A stretch of DNA of 63,989 bases, counting the filler, from Sandaracinaceae bacterium (GTDB lineage Bacteria > Myxococcota_A > Polyangia > Polyangiales > JADJQN01): assembly GCA_947483975.1 (NCBI GenBank). It is 5 parts of 5 records of this genome, joined end to end, with 100 filler letters (N's around TTAATTAATTAA, not from the genome) between each part and the next. Parts side by side here need not be neighbours in the genome. Positions count along the whole stretch, not along the records: positions 26,279 to 39,050 come from CANKOL010000125.1; 4 more parts are not named here. The stretch is one strand, 5' to 3'. The translations under genes and the position numbers were made by a program. Positions 28,594 to 37,848 of this stretch are shown here, piece after piece (the first letter of the stretch is position 1; each line of letters opens with the position of its first letter). The notes beneath the pieces are model-generated. The model ran no database searches, had not been told where the DNA came from, and worked only from the letters and a program-made list of their open reading frames with translations.

Positions 28594-30228
28594 GTGCGCA
28601 AGGTCTTCACGCTGCTGCTCGAACTGCGCTGCCAGAACTTCTGCGTGTTCTGCGGACAGCGCGAGGTCGACGAGACCGTCGTGCGAGTGCGCAGCCTCGC
28701 AGGCTTGTCGACCCCAGAGACCAAGTTTGGCGCCAAGCGCGCTCGCTACACCCTCGAGTCCGCGGTGGCGGCCCTCCGCGCCGCGCACGACGAAGGCTTC
28801 ACCGAGGTGTCGCTGCAGGGCGGCGAGCCGACGCTCTTTCCTGACATCGTGCAGGTCGTGGCCGCCGCGCGAGGCATCGGCTTCGAGCGAATCGGCGTCG
28901 TGACGAACGGCCGCAAGCTCGCGGTCGAGGCCTTCGCAGAGGCCCTCGTCGGCGCGGGCCTCGACAACCTCAGCCTATCGCTCGTCGGCTGGGACGAGGC
29001 GACCCACGACGCGGTGTCGCTCGCGCACGGCGCGTTCGCGCAGTTGATCGCGGGAGTCCGAAACGCGGTCGACGCCGCGGCGCGCCTCGAGCAGCAGGTG
29101 ACCATCAACGTCAACCTGACGACCTCGGCGGCGACCGTCGACCACCTGTCCGATCAAGTGCGTCTGCTCGCCGCGCTCGGCGTCGACGCCGCGAGCATTC
29201 ACCTCGTACGCTTCAATAACCTGGCCGCGGACCCTGTCGTGCGCGAGTCCCTGCGCTTCGACATCCGTCGCATCACTCCTGCGCTCGCGCTCGCGCGAGC
29301 CGAAGCCACGCGACTCCACATGCCGCTCCACGCGACGGATGTGCCGATTTGCCTGCACGACTCCCTCGTCGCCGACGAGCTCGCGCTCGTGCTGCACCGG
29401 GCCGACATTGGCCAACAAACGTTTCAGGGGCCGGACCACACCTACCAGCCCTCACGGACGAGACTGGCCACGCAACCCACCGCCTGCTCGGGTTGCATGG
29501 TCGAGCGCGCGTGCCCGCACATCCCGCCTGAGTACCTGCCGGCAGACCCTTCCACGACCTTGCGGCCGCTCACGCCGGAGCGCATCACGGCCTACGTGGA
29601 CGACGAGCTCGCGGTTCTCCACCCGAATGACGCCCGAGCAGCGGGGCGCGTCGCCGATCTTGCGCACTCCGTCGAACTGCTCAGCCAGCATGCGCAGACC
29701 CCCGCGCTCGCGGGAGTCTCCGCCCGCCTGCGAGGAGCCTTCGCCGACTTGACGCAGCTCGCACATTCCGGTGGCGAATGGGGACACGCGCTCGAAGCCT
29801 GCTGTGGGTACTTCGAGCTGCGCGCTCAGCGCTCGCCCGCGATCGAACCGAGTTGGCTCGGCGCGCCGATCGCGGAACTCTCACGCAGGACGAGGGCCAT
29901 CCCAGCGAGCGCAGCGTCGAGTGCCCGCCTGCGTTTCGTGCACCCCTTCGAGGTGAGCCTCACCGGCACCTCCTCGGGGAATGGCGACTTCGTGCTGACC
30001 GCCATACACCCGATCCTTCCGCCCCCCTCGCAGCGAGTCTCCAAGTCGCTCGTGACGCTCTTTCTCGCCCATATCTACCGACCCCTGATCGGGGCGCGAC
30101 GCCTGCGCGTCACTGAGGAGCGACTCCAGGTCGACTACGGGGACGGCTTTCGCCTCGCCTGGTCGTTCCGACGCGGAGGGGCGATCACCCTGGTGCCCCA
30201 TTCGGGCGAAGCCCTTTCGGCGGAGTAG
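28594..30228 (+). CDS. Radical SAM protein with auxiliary Cys cluster and C-terminal extension
   Basis: CQNFCVFC, LQGGEPT, VTNG, DVPICL and CSGCMVERAC. Confidence 0.88.
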   Translation: MRKVFTLLLELRCQNFCVFCGQREVDETVVRVRSLAGLSTPETKFGAKRARYTLESAVAALRAAHDEGFTEVSLQGGEPTLFPDIVQVVAAARGIGFERIGVVTNGRKLAVEAFAEALVGAGLDNLSLSLVGWDEATHDAVSLAHGAFAQLIAGVRNAVDAAARLEQQVTINVNLTTSAATVDHLSDQVRLLAALGVDAASIHLVRFNNLAADPVVRESLRFDIRRITPALALARAEATRLHMPLHATDVPICLHDSLVADELALVLHRADIGQQTFQGPDHTYQPSRTRLATQPTACSGCMVERACPHIPPEYLPADPSTTLRPLTPERITAYVDDELAVLHPNDARAAGRVADLAHSVELLSQHAQTPALAGVSARLRGAFADLTQLAHSGGEWGHALEACCGYFELRAQRSPAIEPSWLGAPIAELSRRTRAIPASAASSARLRFVHPFEVSLTGTSSGNGDFVLTAIHPILPPPSQRVSKSLVTLFLAHIYRPLIGARRLRVTEERLQVDYGDGFRLAWSFRRGGAITLVPHSGEALSAE

Positions 30229-31676
30229 TGGCCACCTCCAATCTCATCGCGCCCTCGCAGGGCCTCGACTCCGACTCCGACTCCGACTCCGCGAGTCTCC
30301 GCGAGGGGATTCGACCGCGCCGCTTTCAAGCGTTCTGTGTGGGTCTCCCCAAAACGGGGACGACGTCCCTCAAGACGATCTTCGACGGCTACCGGAGTTC
30401 GAAACTCCAGGGCAGCGGCATGAAGCAGTTGATCTGCGACGTCCGCGAGCACCGGCGGCCTCGAAGCGACCTCACTGCCTTCGTCCTCGCGAGGGACGCG
30501 GAGCGATGCCTGGAGATGGACGCGACGAGCAGCAACTGGGCGGTAGTTGACGACCTCCGAGACCACTTCCCTGCCGCACGCTTCGTGCTGACCATCCGAG
30601 ACTGCTACTCATGGTGCGACTCCCTGCTGAACGTGCTCGTCGGGCGCGACACGGGCACCGAGTTCTTCAGCGACAGCGCGCTCTTTCGTCGCTTCTTCGG
30701 CTGCGACCTGGAGCTATTCGGAAGCCCTGAGAGCGTCCTGGCCCATCGCGAGACCATCTTCGACGCGCTCCTGGCGTTTTGGACGCAGCAGTCCGTGACC
30801 GCCGTCGCGTGCCCGCCCGCGCGGACCCTCGTCGTTCGAACGGGCGACATTTCTTCGCACCTGGGCCAGATCGCGGAGTTCGTCGGCGTGCCACTCGAGA
30901 CGTTGGTCGTCGAGCAGGCCCACAGCCGGAAGACGGTCGAGAAGTTCGACCTCCTGCGACAGCTAGACCGCGAGTTCCTCGAGAACGCCTTCGCGAAGGC
31001 TGCCAGTTCGGAGTTGATGAGGGAGTACTTCCCCTCCACCTCACTCGAGACCTTCTTGAACGCGCCAGAGCAGGAGCCCCGGGCGCTTCGACCGAGGAAC
31101 TCCCACGCGCGGGGTGGCCCAGCCGATTCCGGCCCTGTCCCAAGGCAGCTCGATCCGACCGCGTATTGGACCGAGCGTATCGAGGCCGCCACCGCGGCCA
31201 AGAGGACCGATCTCGTGGAGCGCTTCCGCGAAGAGATGGCCGCGCTCGGACTCGCGCCGCCGGCGCCTCGCGTCGTGACGGACGCGCCACCCGGCGGACG
31301 CCGGGGTGAGCCTCGAACGGCTCCGGAGCCGGACGAGCCGCCAAGCGCGCCCGAGCTCCTCCAAGCCATGGCCATCGTCCGCGCCCTCGCCGCGCGGGAA
31401 TTGCCTGCAAAGTTTGGCCATCGCCTCGAGGCACACTCGCTGCGAGCCACTGGTGGTGAGCCTCGGGGGCTCTTGACGTTCGTGCGTGAGGGCAGGTCAC
31501 TGGTCCTCGAGGTGGCCCTTCGTCGGGGCTCCGCGGGCCACTGGCTCGCCTCCGAACGCTTCGCGATCTCTTACCGTCCCGACGCCCCTGCCACCGTGTT
31601 GGCCGATCTGGACCTCGCCACGCGGTTGCTGGCGACGTTCGAGCGCCACGTGAAGCACTTCGACCGCGGGGGCTGA
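30228..31676 (+). CDS. Sulfotransferase family protein with C-terminal extension
   Basis: 5'-PSB VGLPKTGTTSL and 3'-PB FVLTIRDCYSWCDS; start overlaps upstream stop. Confidence 0.82.
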   Translation: MATSNLIAPSQGLDSDSDSDSASLREGIRPRRFQAFCVGLPKTGTTSLKTIFDGYRSSKLQGSGMKQLICDVREHRRPRSDLTAFVLARDAERCLEMDATSSNWAVVDDLRDHFPAARFVLTIRDCYSWCDSLLNVLVGRDTGTEFFSDSALFRRFFGCDLELFGSPESVLAHRETIFDALLAFWTQQSVTAVACPPARTLVVRTGDISSHLGQIAEFVGVPLETLVVEQAHSRKTVEKFDLLRQLDREFLENAFAKAASSELMREYFPSTSLETFLNAPEQEPRALRPRNSHARGGPADSGPVPRQLDPTAYWTERIEAATAAKRTDLVERFREEMAALGLAPPAPRVVTDAPPGGRRGEPRTAPEPDEPPSAPELLQAMAIVRALAARELPAKFGHRLEAHSLRATGGEPRGLLTFVREGRSLVLEVALRRGSAGHWLASERFAISYRPDAPATVLADLDLATRLLATFERHVKHFDRGG

Positions 31677-31692
31677 GCTCGCGACGGCGCGC

Positions 31693-32118
31693 TCACTCGT
31701 GCGCCGAGATCTGCCGCGCCACGGCCTCGAGCACCGCGCTTCGCTCGGCCTCTGTGAGCGCTGCGCTCGCAGGCATCGGCCTCGTGTAGAAGAGGTCACG
31801 CGTGCGCGTCGAGCGCGGCGCCGCGTGAGGCTCGACGCCCCTCGGGGCCACGATGACGCGGAACGACACTCCATGCTTCGCGACGGTGAGCTGGATTCGG
31901 CCGCTCGAGTCCGCTTCGAGCGCCTCGACAGACCAGCCCGCGACCTGCGCTCCACGCGCGAGTCCAGCGCCGAACGGCAGCTGCTCGACTCGGTGCATTC
32001 CCGGCGTCCCGTGGTGATCGCCGCGCTGTCCGCGCTCCGGACCCGGGACCAGCGCCAGCGTCAACGCCAACGCTGCCGCTGCAGCCGGTACGGCGGGCCC
32101 GTCGAACAGACGCTTCAT
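31693..32118 (-). CDS. Hypothetical secreted/membrane-anchored protein
   Basis: Hydrophobic N-terminus; domain resembling the sulfotransferase C-terminus. Confidence 0.55.
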   Translation of the reverse strand: MKRLFDGPAVPAAAAALALTLALVPGPERGQRGDHHGTPGMHRVEQLPFGAGLARGAQVAGWSVEALEADSSGRIQLTVAKHGVSFRVIVAPRGVEPHAAPRSTRTRDLFYTRPMPASAALTEAERSAVLEAVARQISAHE

Positions 32119-32212
32119 CCGGGCCACCTTATCACGCGGGACGGTGCGCTCAGGAGTTCGCGCTGGGCTAGTTATTCGGACGACCACCGCGCCCAGCGGC
32201 TAGACTCGGCCC

Positions 32213-33874
32213 ATGGCGCGGCTCGAGGCATGGATCGACTGGGCCCTCGGCGCGTCCGCTGTCGCGTGGTTCCTCGGCGCCCTGAGCGCCGCGCAGGCGC
32301 TCGCCGTCGCGCTCGACCCAGGGTGGATGCACGACGAAGGCTTACTCACCTACGGCTACGCCCGGGGAATGGCGCAGGCCCCGCTCGCGTTCGCGTTCTT
32401 CCAGAAGAGCAAACCTCTTCTCGCCGCGTTCTACGCGGTCCCGGCGAGCTTCGGACTCCTGCCATTCTTGGTCGTACACGCGCTCGTCACTGCGCTCGCC
32501 GTACCGCTCGCGGCGGCAGCGGCCCGCGCGCTTGGGGCCCGTCGACCCAACGTCGCGGCGGTCTTCATCGCGCTGTCGCCGTTCTTCCTACGCAGCGGCG
32601 GGACGGGACTCTCGAATGCAGACGCCGTCGTCGTCGGCCTGCTCGTGATTCTGCTCGCGGCGAGGGGGCATTTGCTGACAGCGGGCCTCGTCGCGGGCGC
32701 ATCGATATGGGTTCGCTACGAGTCCGGCATACTCGCGGTGACGTTCTTCATCGCCGCGATCACGACTCCCTCACTCCGGCGTATGGCGATTGGACTCGCC
32801 GTATTCCCGACGCTCTACCTCGCCGCGGGCGCCCTCTACCACGCGGATGCGCTCTGGGTCGCTCACTGGCCACCGAGCATCACGGACCCGGTCGCGGCGC
32901 TCGGGCATCTCACTCCCTACGCGCATCACAACCCGGCGACCCTCGTGCGCGCGCTTCTCTCGGTGTCCCCAGCGGTCGTCGTGTTGGCGATCGTGCCATT
33001 TCAGAGGTTGTCCGCGCTCGAGCGCACACTCTTCATCTTCGTCGCGCTGTTCGTGTTGGCGTTCGGCGCCACGCACGTCGCCGTGCTGCCGATCGGACCG
33101 TTCTTCGTCCTCGGCTACTCCGAGCGCTACGCCATCGCCGTCCTGCCCGCCTTGGCCGTCCTCGCGGCACGCGCTGCCGAGCCTGCGGCGCCCGGGGAGC
33201 CAGGCTGGCGTGGGTCACTCGGCGCGTGCTTGGGACTAATCGTATGCGGGGTATTCGTGCGCTTCGCCTACTCTGAGCGAGCGTTGCTGCTGGCGCTGGT
33301 CGCGCCGACGCTCGCGCTGGCGTTCGCCGCGTCGCGGGCGCGAACGCTCGCTCCGTGGCCGCTGCTCATCCTCGCCCTCGCGGGCCCGATGACCGCGGCC
33401 CCGTGGCTCGATCAAGGCGGCTTCCGGTCGCGGCGTGAGGAGCTTCGCCAGATGGTCGCGCTCCTCGATCAGCACGCGCCGGACCGCACGGGCACCATCT
33501 ACACCAGCTCCGAGCTCCTGCGCGCGTACCTCGCTCGAACGCGCGACCCGCGCAGTCGACACATCACCTATTTCGTTCAGCCTGGGCAGACGTTCGAGCT
33601 CGACGTGCTCACTTCCTCGCGCCACGGACAGCGTCCGGCGGTGCGCGCTCTGTTGCTCGAGGCGGTGTTTGGTCCTGTGGTCGCGGTGGGGCGTCTTTCG
33701 CCGGCCACCGTTCGCCCAGCCGATCGCTTCCTGGTCCAGGACGCGCACGGCAAGGACGCACTTCCCGCCGCGACCTGGGGCGCGTCGCTGCAATCTCTCG
33801 GTCGATTGCGGGAGAGCCATTGGACCCTCTATCGGATGCGCGACGCGCTGCGTGAGTCCCCGTCGGCGCCCTAA
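32213..33874 (+). CDS. Polytopic membrane protein, GT-C (ArnT/PMT-like) glycosyltransferase candidate
   Basis: HDEG after first TM, KP motif, about 12 hydrophobic segments, RYE and ERY motifs, soluble C-terminal domain. Confidence 0.65.
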   Translation: MARLEAWIDWALGASAVAWFLGALSAAQALAVALDPGWMHDEGLLTYGYARGMAQAPLAFAFFQKSKPLLAAFYAVPASFGLLPFLVVHALVTALAVPLAAAAARALGARRPNVAAVFIALSPFFLRSGGTGLSNADAVVVGLLVILLAARGHLLTAGLVAGASIWVRYESGILAVTFFIAAITTPSLRRMAIGLAVFPTLYLAAGALYHADALWVAHWPPSITDPVAALGHLTPYAHHNPATLVRALLSVSPAVVVLAIVPFQRLSALERTLFIFVALFVLAFGATHVAVLPIGPFFVLGYSERYAIAVLPALAVLAARAAEPAAPGEPGWRGSLGACLGLIVCGVFVRFAYSERALLLALVAPTLALAFAASRARTLAPWPLLILALAGPMTAAPWLDQGGFRSRREELRQMVALLDQHAPDRTGTIYTSSELLRAYLARTRDPRSRHITYFVQPGQTFELDVLTSSRHGQRPAVRALLLEAVFGPVVAVGRLSPATVRPADRFLVQDAHGKDALPAATWGASLQSLGRLRESHWTLYRMRDALRESPSAP

Positions 33875-34575
33875 GCGGCCACGATCCGTCGCCCGCGACG
33901 CAGCCTCCGCGCGACGATTCCCCTCAAGATGCGGGCTCCGTCGCGAAACGAGCCGAGGTCGGTCGTGCCGTAAGTGCGCGCCATCCGACGGACCGGCACC
34001 TCGAGGACTCGCCCACTCGACTCGACCGCTGAGAGCAGGAGCTCCACCTCGATCTCGTAGCGCACGGCGCGGAGCACGAGTCCGTCGAGGAGACTCCTCG
34101 GGAACGCGCGAAAGCCTGCCTGCGTGTCGGTGAGGCGTACGCCATAGAGCAGATTCAGTATCTCGGTGAGAGCCCGATTACCGAGCTTGTTGAGTGGGGT
34201 GATCGCGCCTTCGCCGAAGGTGCCGAGAAAGCGCGAGCCGACCACCATCGCGACTCCCTCGGTGAGCGCCCCGAGGAGTCGCACGATGTCCTCCGGCGCG
34301 TCTTGCCCGTCCGCATCGAGCAGCACGATGACGTCGCCCTTCACCTCGCTGAGCGCGCGACGAAGCGCGACTCCTTTGCCGCGGTTCGGAGCGAGGCGGA
34401 TCACGCGCGCACCGGCGCGGGCGGCGAGGTCCCCGGTGCCGTCGGTCGAGCCATCGTCGATGACCAGGATCTCGAGCAGCTCGGGCACGCTGTCTCGGCA
34501 CCTCGTCACGATATCTTCGATCGTCCCCGCCTCGTCATGGGCGGGAAGCACCACACTCACGGTCCGTCGGTCCAT
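33871..34575 (-). CDS. GT2 glycosyltransferase (polyprenol-phosphate glycosyltransferase, DPM1-like)
   Basis: VVLPAHDE, DDGSTDGT, NRGKG, DADGQ, GSRF, TDTQAGFRAF, EIEVE. Confidence 0.92.
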   Translation of the reverse strand: MDRRTVSVVLPAHDEAGTIEDIVTRCRDSVPELLEILVIDDGSTDGTGDLAARAGARVIRLAPNRGKGVALRRALSEVKGDVIVLLDADGQDAPEDIVRLLGALTEGVAMVVGSRFLGTFGEGAITPLNKLGNRALTEILNLLYGVRLTDTQAGFRAFPRSLLDGLVLRAVRYEIEVELLLSAVESSGRVLEVPVRRMARTYGTTDLGSFRDGARILRGIVARRLRRGRRIVAA

Positions 34576-34607
34576 GCCCCGGACGTACCATGTTACGTTC
34601 GCCGCGC

Positions 34608-36146
34608 ATGGCATCCATCGCGCTGATTCGTCCGCCGAGCGTCGTGACCCGGTTTGCCCTGACGCTCAGCCAGACGCCTCCGCTCTCGATCGCGTACCTC
34701 GCCGGAAGTCTCCTCGCGGACGGGCACGAGGTCCTGTTGGTCGACGCGGTCGGCGAGGCCCTCGACCACCGCTGGCAAGGCTATCGACCTGAGATCCAGT
34801 GCAACGGCCTGGAGCTCGCCGAGATCGTGCGCCGAGTCCCCCACGACCGCGCGCTCGTGGGGATTTCCTGCATGTTCTCGAACGAGTGGCCGGTCGTTCG
34901 AGACCTGATCGCCTTGCTGCGAGAGGCGCTCCCGCGCGCGACCCTCGTGCTCGGCGGCGAGCACGCGACGGCGGTTCCGGAGCGTTGCCTCGAGGACTCC
35001 CCGGGCCTCGACGCGTGCGCGCTCGGTGAAGGCGAAGAGACCGTCGTCGGCCTCGCGCGCGCGCTCGATCGTGGGCAGCCGCTCACGAGCGTCGCGGGGC
35101 TTCTCGTCCGCGGTCCGGACGGCCCGCAGCGGACGTCGCCGCGGGCGCGAATTCTGGCCGTCGGCGCGCTGCCACGTCCCGCGTGGGAGCGCACTCCCCT
35201 CGAGCGCTACCTCGAGCGTGGGCTCTCGTTCGGCGTCGACCGTGGGCGCACGGTGCCGCTCGTGTCGACCCGCGGCTGCCCGTATCGCTGCACGTTCTGC
35301 TCGAGCGCCTCGATGTGGGGGACGCGGTATGTGATGCGTGAGCCGAGCGACGTCGTCGACGAGATGCAAGCACACGTCGAGCGCTATGGCGCCGAGGCCT
35401 TCGACTTCTACGACCTGACTGCGGTGGTCAAACGAGACTGGATCCTCGCGCTGTGCGAGGCGATGTCGCGGCGCGGTTTGCGCGTGACTTGGCAGCTTCC
35501 GAGCGGCACTCGCAGCGAGGCGATCGACGCGGACGTCGCGAAGGCGATGTATCGGGCGGGCTGTCGCAACGTCAGCTACGCCCCGGAGAGCGGCTCTCCG
35601 CGCACGCTCCGCCGAATCAAGAAGCAAGTGCGCCTCGACCATATGCTGAGTTCCATGAAGGCGGCGATCGGCGCCGGGCTCAACGTGAAAGCCAACCTGA
35701 TCATGGGCTTCCCCGGCGAGACCACGCAGGACATCGCCCAGACGCTGGCGTTCGCCGCGCAGATGGCGCGCGCCGGCGTGCACGATGCCTCTGTGTGGAC
35801 GTTCGTCCCGTATCCCGGCTCGGCGCTGTTCGATGAGCTGGTGGCGAGTGGGCGGATCGGCGCGCTCGACGACGACTACTACGCTTCGCTGCTCTCGTAT
35901 TCTGATCTCGCCAACGCGCGCTCCTACGACGATGCGCTCACCGACCGCGAACTCCAGCGCTATCGCTTGCTCGGACTCGCCACCTTCTACGGCGCGAGCT
36001 GGGCGCTGCACCCGGGGCGCCCCCTCGCGGCCGCCTCACACCTCGTGCGGGGGCGGTACGAATCTCGCGCAGAGATGTCGGTGGCGAGCCTCGTACGCCG
36101 CGCGACGGCGCGACTCGCAGAGGCGGCGGGCGGTCGACGTACTTGA
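34608..36146 (+). CDS. B12-binding radical SAM protein
   Basis: PPLSIAYLA, GISCMFS, GGEHAT, GEGE, STRGCPYRCTFC, APESGS, GFPGET. Confidence 0.93.
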   Translation: MASIALIRPPSVVTRFALTLSQTPPLSIAYLAGSLLADGHEVLLVDAVGEALDHRWQGYRPEIQCNGLELAEIVRRVPHDRALVGISCMFSNEWPVVRDLIALLREALPRATLVLGGEHATAVPERCLEDSPGLDACALGEGEETVVGLARALDRGQPLTSVAGLLVRGPDGPQRTSPRARILAVGALPRPAWERTPLERYLERGLSFGVDRGRTVPLVSTRGCPYRCTFCSSASMWGTRYVMREPSDVVDEMQAHVERYGAEAFDFYDLTAVVKRDWILALCEAMSRRGLRVTWQLPSGTRSEAIDADVAKAMYRAGCRNVSYAPESGSPRTLRRIKKQVRLDHMLSSMKAAIGAGLNVKANLIMGFPGETTQDIAQTLAFAAQMARAGVHDASVWTFVPYPGSALFDELVASGRIGALDDDYYASLLSYSDLANARSYDDALTDRELQRYRLLGLATFYGASWALHPGRPLAAASHLVRGRYESRAEMSVASLVRRATARLAEAAGGRRT

Positions 36147-36186
36147 ACGTCGCGTGACGCGAAGGGCTCTCAGCAGCGCGCGACGC

Positions 36187-37806
36187 TCAACCGGAGGCGG
36201 CGTCGGGCGAAGTCCAGGATGAAGGTGCCAGGGCGCGCGCGAGCGAGATCGCACGCCGGCCGACTCGGTGACGGGTCACGAGGTCACTGACTGACTTGTC
36301 GAGGCGAGTCTCCTGCTGCCCCGTGACTACGCTGCGGGCAAGCTCGAGGACGCGACGCGGCCGCAGCACGAATGAGCGGCCATAGAACTCTGCCATCGCC
36401 TGCCAGCGAAAGCGCGCGATGGCACGCTCATCCAGATGCTCACTCCACGACGTGCTGGCGGACAGATCGGAATAACAGCCGAGGGACTCGAAATACGCGT
36501 CATCGAGCGTGCCAATCCGACCGCGCGCCACCAAGCTCCGAAAGTCTTCGCTGCCTGGATATGGACAAAACGGCGTCACGTTGACGTCGTCGAGCCCGAT
36601 GCGCGCGAGTTCACGACAGAAGCCCACCGTCTCGGCGGCCTCGGCGGCGGTCTCGTCCGGAAAGCCCACGATCATGTTGGCCTTGACCCGTAGGCCCGCC
36701 GCCACCGCGTGGCGCATCGAGCTCTTCATCGTGTCGAGCGAAATCCGCTTCTTGACGCGCTCGAGCAGCGCCTGAGAGCCACTCTCCGGCGCGTAGGCGA
36801 TGTTGCGACAACCCGCGCGCCGCAGCCAGGTCGCCACTTCGAAGTCGATGGCCTCGCTGCGAGTGCCGGCCGGAATCTGCCACGTGACGCGCAGGCCGCG
36901 CTCCACCATCTTGCGGCAGAACTCGAGTACCCAGTCTGTGCGGACGACCGCCGTCAGGTCGTAGAAGTCGAAGTTCTGGGCACCGAAGCGCTCGACTCCT
37001 TCGCGCATCTCGTCGAGCACGTCGTCGGCAGAGCGCGCCGCCCATTTCGTCGTCCACATCGTCGAGCTCGAACAAAACGTGCACGTATACGGGCAGCCTC
37101 GGGTCGCCAGGATGGGCACGCTGCGCCCACGGTCGACCCCAAAACCGAGGCCGTTGCCGAGATAGGCCTCCATCGGGATCAAATCCCACGCCGGCCGGGG
37201 AATGCTCGCGAGGTCGGCGATGCGGCGCCGTCCAGCGGTGCGCGTCGGGGCGCCGCTGGCATCGCGCACGACCAACCCGGGGACGGTGTCGAGCGGCTCG
37301 CCGTCGGCGAGGGCGTACGCGAGCTCGACGATCGTCTGCTCGCCCTCGCCGAGCGCCACTGCCGCGATCGCGGGGCACGCTGCCAGCGCGTGGTCCGAGA
37401 GCGCCGTCGCGTGCTCGCCGCCGATCACGAGCGGCACGCCGGGGAAGCGCCGCGCGATCGCCTCGATGGTGCGGCGGACCACGGGCCATTCCTCCGAGAA
37501 CATGCAACTCACGCCGATCAGCACGGTGTCGGCGGGGATCGACCGCGCGATCGCCTCGTCGTCGATCCCGACGCGCATGAACCCGCGCTCGTACACCACC
37601 TCGAACGGGCCCGCGCCGACGGCATCGACGACGCACACGGGAATCCCGTGCCCCCGCAGCGCTGCGGCGAGGGACACCACGCCGAGGGGGGGACAGGCGA
37701 GCGTGACGTGGTTGCCCGCCGCCATTCGCATCGGCCCACGCACGAGCGTCACGCGGCCCGAGGGGTGGACAGGCGGCCGGCGGAGGGTCACGAGCGAAGA
37801 CCTCAT
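36187..37806 (-). CDS. B12-binding radical SAM protein (paralog)
   Basis: PPLGVVSLAA, GVSCMFS, GGEHAT, GEGE, ATRGCPYTCTFC, APESGS, GFPDET. Confidence 0.93.
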   Translation of the reverse strand: MRSSLVTLRRPPVHPSGRVTLVRGPMRMAAGNHVTLACPPLGVVSLAAALRGHGIPVCVVDAVGAGPFEVVYERGFMRVGIDDEAIARSIPADTVLIGVSCMFSEEWPVVRRTIEAIARRFPGVPLVIGGEHATALSDHALAACPAIAAVALGEGEQTIVELAYALADGEPLDTVPGLVVRDASGAPTRTAGRRRIADLASIPRPAWDLIPMEAYLGNGLGFGVDRGRSVPILATRGCPYTCTFCSSSTMWTTKWAARSADDVLDEMREGVERFGAQNFDFYDLTAVVRTDWVLEFCRKMVERGLRVTWQIPAGTRSEAIDFEVATWLRRAGCRNIAYAPESGSQALLERVKKRISLDTMKSSMRHAVAAGLRVKANMIVGFPDETAAEAAETVGFCRELARIGLDDVNVTPFCPYPGSEDFRSLVARGRIGTLDDAYFESLGCYSDLSASTSWSEHLDERAIARFRWQAMAEFYGRSFVLRPRRVLELARSVVTGQQETRLDKSVSDLVTRHRVGRRAISLARALAPSSWTSPDAASG

Positions 37807-37848
37807 CGGTTCCATAGTGCCAGAACGCCGTTCGACTATGCTAGGCCC

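Noticed and set aside
28594..32118. RiPP (His-Xaa-Ser-type) system
   Set aside because: The radical SAM has auxiliary Cys motifs, but no precursor peptide, peptidase or transporter is visible; context favours glycan or lipid modification
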